DNA of 64,000 nt, taken from Cetorhinus maximus (taxonomy: Eukaryota). The translations under genes and the position numbers were made by a program. This document shows, one piece after another, positions 34,922 to 48,419 of the stretch. Numbering within the stretch: position 1 is the stretch's first letter; each line of letters opens with the position of its first letter. The stretch spans positions 62,001 through 126,000 of the forward strand of contig NC_135909.1 of NCBI RefSeq assembly GCF_964194155.1, given 5' to 3'. The notes below the pieces were generated by a model. That model was not told the origin of the DNA. It did no database searches and was given only the letters and a program-made list of their open reading frames with translations.

Positions 34922-37900
34922 CGTGCTTTTGTTTTATGACAATCCAACAGTTTTCATGATTTTTCTTTTCCCCTGGTGCAAGCCTACATTCCAGCTTCAC
35001 TGAATTCAGTTTGACAATTTTGCAGTGGTGGGATTTGAAGCCACAATCTCTTGGTTATCACTAAACTAGCGGATGTAACTCTCCTGTCACTCTTCACTCT
35101 CCTACTAATGCAGTTGCTCTGGAACTCTTTGAATAGGCTGATTCATTCAAGCACAGAGTAGAAATTAATATGGCATTTATAATGTTTTATGCATGTATTT
35201 AACAAGGTAATGAGAGATCACATATGAGGAAATAGAACATTTTATTCGATTGCTTTTGTTGAACCATGATGTTCCGTACAAGTATCATTTATGTGTGAAG
35301 TGGCTTTTAAAAATCATCTCAACACTTCAAACTGATCAGCAGTATGGTGTACTCATCAGTGCTGTCAAGGAGCAGAGGTGTGCTGAGAATATGCACTGAC
35401 AATATGATAGTCTATTGTTTACATTGATTTTAATTCCACTGGTTCAAATCTTCAACCTCTTTTCCAATCATTTATTCACTGCTCTCACATTGTTTGTTCT
35501 GGGGATTGTAAAAATTATAATAACTGCTCTTGGATTGAGATTAGCTTCACCACTCTGTCTCCTAATAACACTTTTGCTCCAGAGCATGAGGGGAAAAGTA
35601 AACTCCATGCAGGAGGCAATACTGTTACAAGTTAGCATGGATCAGAGTAAAATTAAATTAATTGCACATTTTTTAATATCACTTTTTAAACTACTCATAA
35701 TTAAACTCAGGCACCAGCTTTACCACTTATACAACTTTAATTTTACTTGGTAATAAAGGTAGGATTTTACACAAATACTTGTAAATAGATTTAGAATTTT
35801 ATTAAACCACTTAATGGAATGCAAAATGGACACCATCTTTACCACTTACCGACTTATTTGTATCACTTGGTAATAATCGAGAGGTATTCGCAGTTTAAGA
35901 AGTGTCACATAAATGCAAAGACATTAATAATTTGGTCAAATTACTTATGGAAGGCTTAACAGAAGCTATTAGAGAGTTGGTCTAATGTGAAGTTTTATTT
36001 AATGATCTCACCAAAGAGGTTTCAAAGTTCAAGAGTTTTTTCTAAAAATTAAATGCCCCTTCAGCAATTAAAGCTCTTTGCTGCGGTAAACCCACAAACT
36101 CGGCATAGTTTCATTTGAAAATGGCAGTGTTTTTGATTTCGGGGGAGCAGAGCTTTTATATGGGTAGCACAATAGGTTGGTATTCTAGTGCACCAAGTCA
36201 CAAGTAGTAGATTGGATGTATTGGCCCAGGGACAGTTTTTCATGTCTTTGCACTTGTTTGACATCAAAGTAAAATGAATTTCAATATCAGATTTAGATGC
36301 AGCATGTAAATTGTAAGTGGTAGGGGTGTGCTGACCAGAGGTCAACTGCATTTGTTTTCTTCACTGATTGTCCTGTAAACTTACTTGTAACTTGGCTCAC
36401 TTGTGAGTTATCTGGTCAGCTAAACTTTTAAAGACATTTTATGAATGGTTGCAACTTTTTGACACTGCAAGGATAGCTTAGTGAAATGTTGATCAGAGGT
36501 AGTCAGTTTAAAAAAAATGCATTAAATATTTTTTGAAAAAGATTCCCTGCTAGCTTAGCTAATTGAAGCTGTGAGTATTTGAGCCACACTAGATAAGGAA
36601 AGAGCAGGTGCAATTGCTGGCTGATGTGGTTAGCTTCCCTTAGCTGGAACAGAGGTGGGAGCGTAGCTACTTAAGTGGAGTTAGACAGGAAAAAAAATCA
36701 GCTGAGGTTCCTAACACTGACCACATGCAGTGAGCCCTGATGCAAAGTACAAACTTGTAGAATGGGGTGGGGTCAGCAGGGGTATCATTTGGTTTACCAG
36801 AATTGACAGTGGAATATTTCAGTTACTGCTGTGTAGTGCAGTTCCATGATACGCCAACAGATGTCATCATCTAGCACTGTGAACATCAACTCATTTTGCA
36901 ATCATTCAACAGAGAGTACCTGGATGTGTTGACTGTAAGGTTAAAGTCAAATTTGACTCCATTTTAAATGTATCATCGGAGAAACCATCTTTCAAAGCCC
37001 CGTCCGCCCTTTGGTAAAAAATCTCACGTCAGTATTTGAGGAGGAGCAGGGGAGTCCACTTGATGACTTGGGATAATGTTTATCCCTCAACCAGTGTCGC
37101 TAAAACAGATTAGCCCAGAAATTGGATCTAGTGCAACATATGCTGCGTGTGTCTAATGAGGCTGGTGGAGGGCCAAAGAAAATTGGTCCTCTGGCCTCAA
37201 TTTTATATTATCAGCTAACTATAAACACTGTTCACGGCCTCTGCAGCAGCAGCTCTAGTCCCAGGAAGGAGCAGAGTAATTAAGGAAAGCTTGGGAGAGG
37301 GGAGGCATTTGAGAGTGGGGTGAATGGTAGCCAGCAGTTGTCCCTGGATTTAATAAAGTAAGGAAAACAGCTGAAACATAACTTTCTGGTGGCAGCCTCA
37401 AGAGGTTCTTTAAGGATTCTCTGGTTTAGCTGCCAAATACTTGAAAACACTGACAGAAACATGCATAGAGCATGAAAATCAAATTTTGCAAAGAGAGCTT
37501 TAAACAGGTGTGGGACCACTCTGCATATGGAGAGGCCCTAACTCATCTTTCAGGTGTGCGTCATGGTTGTTCATGGAGGAGCTGTTACCAATATGGCAGG
37601 TGGCTCACTTCCGATGTGGAATGAGCACAGGCACAACACCTGCCATGTTGGACCTGTTATACACCTGTAAGACTGATGCAGCATGATTCCATTGTCTGGC
37701 CATTTATCTCATTGCTGATTGTGGGAGCTTGCTGTATGCAAACTGGCTTTGTAATGTTTTGGGACACGCTGAATGCATGAAGTTCAAAAGTAAAGTTTTC
37801 TTTCTTCTCGTAAGACAATTCAAATTTTCATACAGGTACCGTTTGGCTATTTTGTTAGAAGGTGTAGGTTGCTAATTTTCTATTAAGCTGTTCTGATAGA

Positions 37901-38024
37901 GAGTGGCGCCTGTGTCCACTGTTTGTACCTAGAGTCTTTTACTCAAAAATCAGTTCTGATATAGCTTTGTGATGGTTGTTCTGTAATGCAATTATTTAAT
38001 TTTGTCTACTATTTATTTTTGCAG

Positions 38025-38141
38025 AAGAGAAGTTTAAACAACCGTTAACTCACTATGAGAAGGACGACGTTATGAATCAAAAGCTTTCACTCTTGCAGGA
38101 GGACATCACCAAGCTGGAAATTGATGCAATCGTCAATGCAG
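38025..38141 (+). CDS. MACROD1: MACROD1 coding exon 3 (117 nt), start of macrodomain
   Basis: (E)EKFKQPLTHYEKDDVMNQKLSLLQEDITKLEIDAIVNA; acceptor ttttgCAG 38022-38024, donor G|GTTGGT; the DITKLEIDAIVNA signature is diagnostic of MacroD-type domains. Confidence 0.94.
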
Positions 38142-38749
38142 GTTGGTACATTGGTACATGACATGCGGGCAAATGTAATCAATACTGTACCACAACTGGA
38201 TTCAATCCTGACCCATCCAATCGATGGTGCAATCCACAGTCCTACAAAAGCACCCACCTGGTTAAAGGCAGAAAGAAAGGAGGGAAAAACCTTTCCCAAT
38301 TTCAGGAAAACATTGGTAACTTGCTGTCATCCTAGACTTGGCACTTAGTCTCTGGCAGTCTGGACCTCAAAGTTAAGGCAATTCACTCCTTTTTTCACTT
38401 ATGTTTCTTCGAGCTGTTTGTGCCGTGTTCTTAGTTTTGTGGGAAGGATCATTTTTAATGCTGTGTTTCATTGTTGGATTATAATATTTCCGAAACCACC
38501 ACACCATGACCTGTTAGCATCATCAACTTGAGTTAGATGCCAAATTAATGGGAGTATAGATTTCAACATTATATTTGGCCAACAAAAACTATATTTATGA
38601 ATCTGTTTGATGTGTGGAGAGGAAAGTTTCCCCAGCCTAAAATAACCAAACGATTTACAGAAGAATGTCGGTGCTCATGATTCATGACAGTCTCTGCTAA
38701 CAAACAATTTACCCCTCCAGCTGAAGAGGAAATAATTAGAATCAGCCAA

Positions 38750-41110
38750 GACGGATTTCAGAAAAGAAGACTGTGCTCAAAACCTGAATCGTTGGACAAA
38801 AGGATTTCTTGCAGAGGTGACAGATATGATGGATGTAGTGTACCTGGACTTTTGGAAAGCCTTTGATACCACACAGCAGAACAATGGAGAAAGGGTTGAA
38901 TGAATCAAAGGGTTTGAAATGAGGGGGAGAGTAGTAAATTGGATTAAAAATGGAGAGTAGAAGATAAGGACAATTTCTCAGAGCTGTTGGAAGTGTGCAG
39001 TGGTGTCCTACAGGCTTTGGTTTGTGACCTCCTCCATTGACTGTGTATGTAGGGCTAGAGGCAGCGCTGCACAAATTTACACACAATAGTAAAATAGAAG
39101 GCATGGCAAATAATTCTGAGGATGAAAGGAAGCTACAAGAATGGAATGGACGAAGAAGTGGAAGATGGAATTTAATATCAGTAAATATGAGGTGGTTAAA
39201 CAGGGGGAAAAGCTGGGTGATTATACCGGGAGAAAGTTAGGTGATGTGGAACAGTGGAGGGATTTGGGGTTTCCGGTTCACGAGACCTTACAAGCAGCAG
39301 CACGAGTAGATAAGGCTATAAGATGCTCGGGGTATAAAGGGTTTATGGTGAGAGGCATTGGATATATATATTGTCATGAAACTCGAATACGTACCTCAGA
39401 GGTCGGAAACTCCAGCTCCAGTGGGCCTCGGGCCTTCTGCACATGCGCCGGCCGAGAAATAGCTGCACATGCGCAGTTCGTGTCCCGTACTGTCTTTAGG
39501 CAGGAGCTGGCCTGCGAACCTACACAAAAGCAAAAAAGCAAACAAGAGAAACGGCGCGAAACTGCAGGCCAGGTGACCTGAACCGGACCGCCATTCTAGA
39601 GAAGGTGTGCCGAGGAGCAGAACACAGGAGGGGGATAGGGAAAGGTCTCAGAAGAAAGTCCCAAGCAGGGCCAAAGACAGGGATCAGAAAGAGGTCCGGG
39701 AAGTCAAGATAAAAGAAAGGAACTAAACAATCGGCTCCGAGTTAAAGAGAGAGCCACAAGGATTAGACTTGAAGCAAAGTGGGCTCGACAGAAGCCCTGA
39801 AGGTTGGTGACTCCTTACTGCGGGCCTTTTGGAGCAGTGGTGTTTTGCTTGGCACAGCCGAAGATCTGAAATTGTGCTTGGAAGGTGAAGCTTGAGTGTA
39901 CTATGAGATTCAGGGGAAAGGATTCTTAGAAGGCAAGATTGAAACCCTGGAGGTGGATCCTTGTGGAAGCCATCGGAGTGGGAGTGACGTTTGAAGAGAA
40001 TTCTAAGGCGAGATCTTTAAATGTGGAGATTGAAATCCCTTGTGAGAAAGACAAAGTTTCAGTGAGACTGGTTGGCTCACAGTGTGACAGATGTCTGGGT
40101 GGGTTGTTGAGAAATCCGTGGAATCTGCTTTTTCGCATCTGTCATTACGTTGTGTGTCTGACCACAGTTGACCTATAAATTCACATGTATCTCAGACTTA
40201 CCTGTAACATTAGAGTATAAGATAGATATTGTAAATTATTTTATCTTTCTGAATTTGTTTAGGTCTGTAAAGATATTGCTGGGGTAAAAAGAATAGTGTG
40301 AGTTTAAATCATTTTCTTGTGATGGTATTGAGATCTTTCCAACCTTTTTGTCTGGTGTAATATTGTTCATTTTTCTTGTTTAATAAGTGCTTTATTCTTT
40401 GTGTTAGAAGTTTACCAGCAGACTCCTGTGAATTTGTTCAGTAGTTTTTCTCCGCTGTTTCTAAAAAAAACAAAAGTTAGGATTTAACAAGCCAGGTTTC
40501 ACTCTGGGATCTTATTTGTCCAGTATTACCAAGCTGGGATCGTAACTATATATATACATTTTTTAAAAAGATGTCATGGTGAATCTATGTAAAAACCTTA
40601 GTAAGACAAGATTTGGGGTACTGTTTGCAGTTTAGGCTCCACACTGTAGGAAGGATGTTGAGGTAACATAGAGTGTATAGTGCAGATTCCCAAGAATGCT
40701 GCCGAGTACAGCATGTGGAAACACATAGAAAGATTTTGAAAAATTGGGACTGATTTTGTTTGGAGAATTGAAATTATGGGGTGATTTTAATAGAGATGTT
40801 TTAAATTATGAAAGGATGGGGCATAATTGGTAGAAGTATTCACATGATTGAAGTCTAGAATGGGGGTCATAGCTATAAGGTTAAATGTATTTTTTTATGA
40901 ATAGGGGACAGGGGCAACCTTACTACACAGAGCTGTGAGGCTTTGGATTGCAGCATCAGAGTTAGCAACTGAGGCAGAGACCATGTCAACTGTTAGAAGT
41001 AGGTTAGAAAGAAAGGTGGTTGAAGTAAAGCGGATTTGGGAACAGAGAGGGCACAAGGGATTAGAACTACTGCTCCGGTGGAGGATTAGCACCAACTGAA
41101 TTATATTGTA
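38750..41110 (+). mobile_element. Old decayed CR1 LINE interrupted by an LTR-like insertion
   Basis: Remnants of VYLDFxKAFD (about 38838), KWKMEFNISKYEV (about 39157), and after the insertion DVMVNLxKxLVR (about 40570). Confidence 0.75.
39372..40547 (+). mobile_element. Probable solo LTR (about 1.18 kb) inserted in a (TA)n tract
   Basis: Starts TGTCATGA, ends TCGTAAC(T) (imperfect terminal inverted repeat); TATATA on both sides; the CR1 sequence resumes collinearly across it; no gag/pol seen. Confidence 0.7.
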
Positions 41111-42111
41111 ATATCTGTGTAATTCTTTGTAACTGGAATTGTCTTCTTAGGTGCTTGTCAAGTTGCTTTTAAAGGACTGAAAGAACTTCATATGCACCTA
41201 CTGTTGGCACTTCATTTCAGATGGCGATGATTGGTATCTAAGCTAATTCTTTTTCATACACATGACTGCTACTCCTACCATTCCTATCCATTTCAAATAA
41301 TCTGTCTAACTCGAGTGTATCCAATCCCCAAATCGTTTTTAAAAATTCAATCTCATTCCCCCAAAGCTGGATTTTAATTGGAAAGCAAACACCTGTCTGG
41401 TACCTTGGACAGCTCTGATCAAATTTGTTCTGGAGCACTGTGTTAACAATCCATTCACATTAGGGGCACAGTCAAGCTAGAAGGGTGATATCTGCATTGC
41501 ATAACACTCTGTGCATTAAAATATCTGGATAATAGTTTAACTTCTGGGATGGTGATGGTAATGCGGCTTTGCCAGCCATGCAGTTTTGTAGCAGGCAGTC
41601 TGATTTTTCTGATCAACCCTTTCTGGAACTTCTAAAATGTGGACCAGTTACAAAGTCTGATCTTTAAAATAAATATAAATTTTTCCATGAAATCTGTGTC
41701 TCTCAATACAGAGGCATGAATGAGTGATTATGATTTTCACTAAGTTCTTATCACCTGCAAAGAAAATATGTTTTAAATGGTTTTCAACCCTATATCGCAC
41801 AAGAGAGTTCAAACTGCTGCTGCCCTCCACCATGTTAGATGTAAAGTGTCATTTGCCACCTTTGAGATTTTGACACCATGGGCAAGTGGGTGGCAGGGTG
41901 GGTGGGGAGGAGTGATGTGCTCACTAGATGTGGTGTGAACAGAGGTCCTCACCAGCCCTGCATAATTCTCCTTGCCCGAAAGAATTTCTCATGATGTTTA
42001 GCAATCTGATGCAATGTATCCCTCTACTGCACTATTGTCATCTTGATCACAGCATTAGCCTCTGTTCCTTTTAACGCCAAAATGTCTTAAAAAGTTTCAT
42101 ATCTGTGTTTA

Positions 42112-42560
42112 TCAGCTGTAGTGCAGTTGGTAGTGCACTCACCTCTGTGTCGTAAGGTTTCAGGTTCAAGTCCCACTCCAGGGCTGGAGCACAAAGATCA
42201 AAATTGATGTGCTAGTGAGCAGTGAGGGAGTGCCACACTGTTGGAGATTCCATTTTTTGGATGAGATGTTAAAACCAAACCAGGCCCTATCTGCCTGCTT
42301 GGATGAATATGAAAGATTCCACTACACTTATAAGAAGAGCAGGGGAGTTCTCCCCGGTGTCTTTGGACCAATATTTATCTCTCAATCCACGTCATTAAAA
42401 CAGATGATTTGGTCATTATCACATTGCTGCTTGTGGGAGCTTACTGTGCACAACTTGGCTGCCGCAGTTCCTACATTACAAGTGACTACACTTCATAAGT
42501 GCTTTAATTGACTGCAAACCGCTTTGACACGTCTGGTGGTTGTGAAAAACCCAAGCCTTT
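42112..42560 (+). mobile_element. tRNA-derived Deu-domain SINE (SacSINE1/AmnSINE1-like); further copies at about 4290-4550, 20330-20575, 37000-37090, 47305-47767
   Basis: A/B-box-like head (GGTTCAAGTCCC); central GAAGAGCAGGGGAGTTCTCCCCGGTGTC...TTGGCTGCC...CCTACATTACAA; L2-like tail CTATATAAATGCAAGTCTTTC in sister copies. Confidence 0.75.
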
Positions 42561-44979
42561 CTTTTGCTTTTGCATTCTCACAAAGCCTCCCTCACACTTG
42601 CATCCCACATGCTGTATATCCTATGTAATCCTAATGTAATCTGCTGTACACCTTGTAACAACGGCAGCTGGTGGAATTTAAATTCAATAAATAAGTTGGG
42701 AATATAAGGAAAAGCTGGTCTCAGCAATAGTGACCATGAAGTTATCATCGATTGTTATAAAAACCCATCTGGTTCACTAATGTCCTTACACGGTCTGGCC
42801 TACATGTGACTCCAGACCCACAGAAATGTGGTTGACTCTTAACTGCCCTCTGAAATGGCCTAGCAAGCCATTCAGCTCAAGGTCAATTAGGGATGGGCAA
42901 CAAATGCTGGTATTGCCAGTGACACCCACACCCCGTGAAAGAATTTTTAAAAAGTGATCTCTTGGTCCTAGAGCAGCAATTTTAGCAATTGAGAGTCAAT
43001 AGGTAATGTCACTATACAAAATTTCAAATTGAAACAATTAATTAAAACTCTGATATAAAATCACTATAAAATAATAAATGTAATACAATTTAACACATCC
43101 TTCCAAATTAAATTTAAAAAAATATATATTTAGTTTTCAGTTCTCAAGGACTGGTTCATTTTTAATTCTGATCTTGTTTTAAGATTAAGGAGCAGAAAAT
43201 TGCAATTTATTTTCAGGAGGTTAGCTCTGCATGTAGATGAAGGGTTATGATCTCTTGCCTCTGAGCTTCCCTTTGTCACCTGTTACTTGAAGGTTTTCAC
43301 TGGCTATGTTTGCTGGAGAAAGATCGCAAAATCACAATTACTGAATTACTGGTTACCCTGAGTCATGAACTCTAAATAATTAAGCAGGTTTGGAAGATCA
43401 CATCTGTCTCTTTAAGCTCAACTCCAATCCTCCAAAAAATATATTTTACTTTGAAGAAGTCTAGAATTTTTAAAAAATCTGAGCTGCAAGATTGTGTGAA
43501 ATTTGTGGACTTAATAGATTTCTTCAAATAATGTGTCTGTTATATATCAAATGAATTCAGATTAATACCTTGAAACTTGTCCATTAAGTATAAAGCACTT
43601 TTTAAAAAATTAACGAATAGAACATTTTCAGTTCAGGCTATGTGCTGTAGTTCATTAGTTGTGACCTCAGATGAACTGATAGTTAATAAGTTATATTTGT
43701 CATTCAGTCTGCTCACCTTTTTCCACACCTATTCCTACTTTCCTGAAGCCACTGACTCCTGCAGATGCATAGCTTGCTGGACATAGCTCTCTGTTCCCAT
43801 AACTCAAGACGCTATTCTTCACGTGTGAATTTAGCTGGTAAGGCTATTTGACAATTGGGGGCATTGCAACTGAACTCAACTGCATTTATGTGTGTGCATA
43901 TCTGAGCAGGTGCCACAGAATAGCAATGGGAATCCTGGCTATTTTTTTTCCCTGTCCTTGGCTGACAGTCAGGTGAATTGTGGCACCACCTCTACCACCC
44001 AAGCTGTGATCAGCATTGATTTAATTCAAGATGGTGGTAGGTATGTGATAACTGGCCTGAGTGTCCCCGGGTTAGGAAAGGGAAAATTCAGGCATGGTCC
44101 CCAATCCTGAAGGCTATATGGAGGCCTTCTTCCCCAAACTGAGGCACTGAGATCAATCAGGTCAGCAGCACGGACCAGAGGTTGAACTTTCGACCTTCCA
44201 CATCGACATTACTGCTGAACAGTTGAGAACTTAGCCACCATTTTTAAAAATCATCTGTAAATTGCAGATTGTAGATTGAAAATCAAAGGCCTATTTAAGT
44301 TAATCACAATGGTTCTGAAAAGAACTGTGGAAACAAGGCGATCCCTTCATTCGAAAGGGAAAGCAACAAGAACATGAGATGGGTGAGGAAGATAATGGAG
44401 AGAACAGACCCTGAAATGGACCGTGAATGGGATAGAAATGCAGAAGGCATGCTGTAACAGGGTGAAAGGATACCTTGAGGAGAGGAGAAAGGCAGAGTGC
44501 ATGCTGGATCATATAAGTTGGGAAAAGGTGAAAAACCACAAATGCAGGAAAACTGTGCTCAAAACATCAAAGGCTGCAAATGGAAAGCATTTCAATCTGT
44601 CCACAACTGGTTTCCATCTGAAACATTGATATCTCTCTCTCTCTCTTTCAGGAACTGGCTGACTTATTCATTCCAAAACCTCCTGTTGGATAAGTTTGAA
44701 ACTGATAAATAGAGTTGAAATACATGTGTATTTCCATGGAATTAATAGAATTGAAATACATGAGTGTTTCTGTGGAATTCTGCTCACCTCACCAGAAATA
44801 ATATCATAATTGCAATTGGCACTGTCACTGAAAAGAGAAATTGAGAGCAGTAATGAATACAAATGACAGTATTTCATTAATTTTACTATCACTCACAGCA
44901 TTCATCATTGTTTTCCTCAACCCAACACCATTTGTCAGATTTGGAATCTCACTTCTCTCTCGGCTGTACCAAATTATTA

Positions 44980-45504
44980 TTCCGGGCTGAATATTGAATT
45001 CAACAACTTTAGATCTTAAACTCCCCCTCCCCCCATCCCCACCCCGTTTCTCTCCCCCCCTTTTTTTTTCAATAATTTATATAGATTCTTCTTTCCCTAC
45101 CTATTTCCATTATTTTTAAATCTAAAACTAAAACCTTGTTAGTCTGTCCACCCCACCCCAACTAGAGCTGTACTTTGAATATCCTGTCTTCCATTCTTAA
45201 TTAGCACTTTTCTTAGACAAATATCACCACCTTCAACACCTCTTTGACCCTTTTGTCTGTGACATCTTTTGATTATCTGTTCCTATCACTGCTTATCTCC
45301 ACAGTCACCACACCCTCAACGTCTCTCTTTCCACACCCCCCCCCCCCCCCCCCCCCCCCACCTTAAACCAGTTTATATTTCTCCCTTCTCCTAACTATGC
45401 TTCAGTTCTGCCGAAGGGCCATGAAGGCTCGAAACGTTAACTGATTTCTTCTCCGCCGATGCTGCCAGACCTGCTGAGTTTTTCCAGGTAATTCTGTTTT
45501 TGTT
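44980..45504 (+). mobile_element. 5'-truncated Penelope-like retroelement: last codons of GIY-YIG ORF, 3' region and hammerhead-like motif
   Basis: SGLNIEFNNFRS* at 44981-45019 (GLN motif typical of PLE endonuclease C-termini); hammerhead-like fold 45402-45444; TSD CCAAATTATTA at 44969-44979 and 45505-45515. Confidence 0.8.
45402..45444 (+). ncRNA. Minimal type I hammerhead ribozyme-like motif (variant core)
   Basis: Stem I TCAGTT/AACTGA; core CTGCCGA-A; stem II GGGCC-ATGAA-GGCTC; GAAAC-GTT with palindromic ACGT in place of helix III. Core deviates from CUGANGA. Confidence 0.55.
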
Positions 45505-47079
45505 CCAAATTATTACTGTTTGTCGAGGCTGCAGATTTTCTGAGAGGGGGTAACTCAATCATTTTTTTATCATCCTTTTTAATTGTGAGGATGACATTTT
45601 TTTCTCTCTCAGATGCATGGGCAAGAGACTGATCGGGGCTCCTCCTACAGTGTTCGAGGACTGGTCACATGGAGGTCCACAGAAACATCGCTTGGGATGA
45701 TTATGCCTTGAATTTTATAGGGAAGCACCAAGTCTCTCCTAGGCACTTCAACTGAGGCATTCTGTAGTGCTCTAGAATCCGCACAACTCCGGGCTGCTAA
45801 CTAATTAATTTGAAATGAAACTTTAATTTAAAAACCTACCTGACTGTGAAAAGCAAATAATGACCAGATGAACCTGCTTTCCGTTTCCAGCATTATAATT
45901 TTTATTTCATATTTTCAGCATTTACGAGATTCTCCTTATTCCAGTTCTGCTGGATATTGCCCAGCATCCTTTACACATTTCTGTCCTCTGAATACCCTTT
46001 CTCACAAACCATTTTTCCAGTTTGCCTTCTATGTTTCTGCCCATGGAACTAGGCCGTTTAGCAGGGAAATCATGAAGCACTTTTTTACCAACAAATGGTA
46101 GCAGAAATCTCTTCCCAAGTGGGGATATGAATCAAAGGCAGGTAAATAGAATTGAGGTATAGATCAATCGTGTTCTAATAAAACGGTGCACTGGGTTTGA
46201 AGGGTGAAATGGCTTCTTCCTGTTCCTATCTCATTTGCAGTCACTTTAGTTTTCGATTTCCTTTATCCTTTGCATCCATCTCATCTTGTTGCTTCCTCAT
46301 TCGAATTTACCATGCTTTCATATCTTCCAAAATAAATTTGTACATTAGTTTCAATATACCATGCATTCCCTAATTTTATTATTTAATCTAAACTATGCTC
46401 GACAGAACAGTTTACTGTTCCGAACTTAATCTCTGGTTATACCAAAAATCTTTCTTTGCTTTCTGTTCTGTTTATTACTATCTCAGGCATCAATTCACTT
46501 TTGTTCAGCCTTCCTGTGCTTCTCATTTGGCTTCTATCTTGAAACCTTTTTTGCTTTATTTTGAATGCATTAATTTCAGAAATGTTTTGAATATTGTTAC
46601 AAATTGTGGAAATACTGCCAAATGCCTGCTGATGGTGCTGTTGAGCTGGCAAAAAAAAAAAAATCTGTTTTCCTTAGCTGGCTCTGTATTACCCTTTCCA
46701 AATTCTAAATCATCTTGTTCTCGAGACCAGTGATTTTAGATGCACAAAATGTCAAGACACAAAATGTATCAAGGTCTGCTATAAATCATCAACTGTGCAA
46801 ATGTAGAGTAAGGTGGTTGCATTGTAATTGACATCCAAAGTCCCTCTCCATTTGGGAAAATTAAAGGCCGGTTCAAAAAAATGGATTCTTTCACGAGCGT
46901 TTCATTTTTATTAACCTGATTTAAGTATTCTTTGCACAGTAGCCCAGATCAGTTACTCTGTAAGCAGAGCAACTCTGTAACAGCCCAAAAATACACAGAA
47001 AGAATAGAAACTTCTTATGCTCTGTGCAGACAACATACAGGGTGAGCAATGCACATTCCTTTTGTCCTTGTAATAAGTA

Positions 47080-47205
47080 TGTGCGCGTGCACCACACATG
47101 CACAAACACACACACACAAACAAATGTGTACACACGCACAAACACACACATAAATGCGTACACACACACACAAATGCGCACGCGCACACATACACACACA
47201 CACAT
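47080..47205. repeat. Imperfect (CA)n-rich simple repeat
   Basis: Interrupted CA runs with CAAATG(T/C)G spacers. Confidence 0.85.
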
Positions 47206-48181
47206 CTTGCCGAAGGCATTTCTGATGGCGGGGAGATGGAGAAGGGAGAAATGCATAATGTGATGTATCAGGATGTGGAATGTAATGATAAAAGCATAAA
47301 GGTGTCAGCTGTACCTCAGTTGGTAACACACTCTTGAGTCAGAATGTTGTGAGTTAAAATCCCATTCCAGAGAATTGGGCACAATAGCTAGGCTAATACT
47401 TTCAGTATTGTACAGAGGGACTGCTGCCCTGCCAGTAGTTGCCATCCTTCAGATGATGTGTTAAACTGAGGCCCTGTCTACTTTCTAAGGTGAATGTAAA
47501 ACATCCCATGGCCACTATTTCAAAGAAGAACAAGTGAGTTCTCCCTGGTGTCCTGGCACAAATATTTATTTCTCAATTAACATCTCAAAAACAGATGATC
47601 TGCTCATTATCACGTTGCTGTTTGTGGGAGCTTGCTCTATGCAAATTGGCTGCCACATTCCCTACATCACAACAGTGGCTACACTTCAGAAAGTACTTCA
47701 TTAGCTAGAAAGCGCTTTGGGATGCCCTGAAGTCATGAAAGGTGCTATAAAAATGCAAGTCTTTCTTTATGATAATCGAACTAATACTTCTATGTTGTTA
47801 CAGGAATAGCTGTTGTTTAAATTGTGAGTATTAGTGATCTCACCATATTGGGATCATTTGTTGAGCAAGAAGGAATTAAATTAACATTGAGAATGGAAAA
47901 CATGGAAGGAGTTTCTTTAGCTTCAATAATTCGCACGTTAGTAATTTCCTTGTTTGAGTCTCTTATTTAACACTCTTTAACCCCACTATTCCACTATGCC
48001 CCCCCACCATCACTATGTTGGTTTAAGGTTACAGTAGAATTACAGTTTTTGGTAATTTTCTTTCAAAATGGATTTCTGTTGGGAATTGGATTAAAGGGAT
48101 CTTTGTTTTCATCTGCTGCTTTGTGTCTGTGCTCCCAAATTGACTCCCGCGCTGGCTCAGTCCAGATGCTCTTTTTTATAT

Positions 48182-48419
48182 CAAAAACAAAACAAAAACA
48201 GAATTACCTGGAAAAACTCAGCAAGTCTGGCAGCATCGGCGGAGAAGAAATCAGTCAACGTTTCGAGCCTCCATGGCCCTTCGGCCATGGAGGCTCGAAA
48301 CGTTGACTGATTTCTTCTCTGCCGATGCTGCCAGACTTGCTGAGTTTTTCCAGGTAATTCTGTTTTTGTTTTGTTTTGGATTTCCAGCATCCGCAGTAGC
48401 TTTTAGCTTTTTGTTTTTA
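48182..48419. mobile_element. Penelope-derived fold-back insertion: 95-bp near-perfect hairpin with 14-bp TSD
   Basis: Arms 48184-48278 / 48283-48377, one mismatch, loop CTTC; TSD GCTCTTTTTTATAT at 48168-48181 and 48420-48433. Confidence 0.88.

Noticed and set aside
37822-37841. Second AG|GT juxtaposition (TTTTCATACAG|GTACCG)
   Set aside because: Short pyrimidine tract, weak donor and only about 190 nt from exon 3; a similarly weak case at 57011-57024 was also dropped.
42112-42185. tRNA gene
   Set aside because: A/B-box-like sequence is the head of a SINE; no complete cloverleaf.
45595-45720. Strong-looking acceptor TTTTTTTCTCTCTCAG as MACROD1 exon 4
   Set aside because: Downstream sequence does not encode the expected ANxxLLGGGG and has no clear donor; exon 4 appears to lie beyond the window.
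46921-47337. Cys/Val- or His/Thr-rich ORFs
   Set aside because: Translations of the CA-rich simple repeat.
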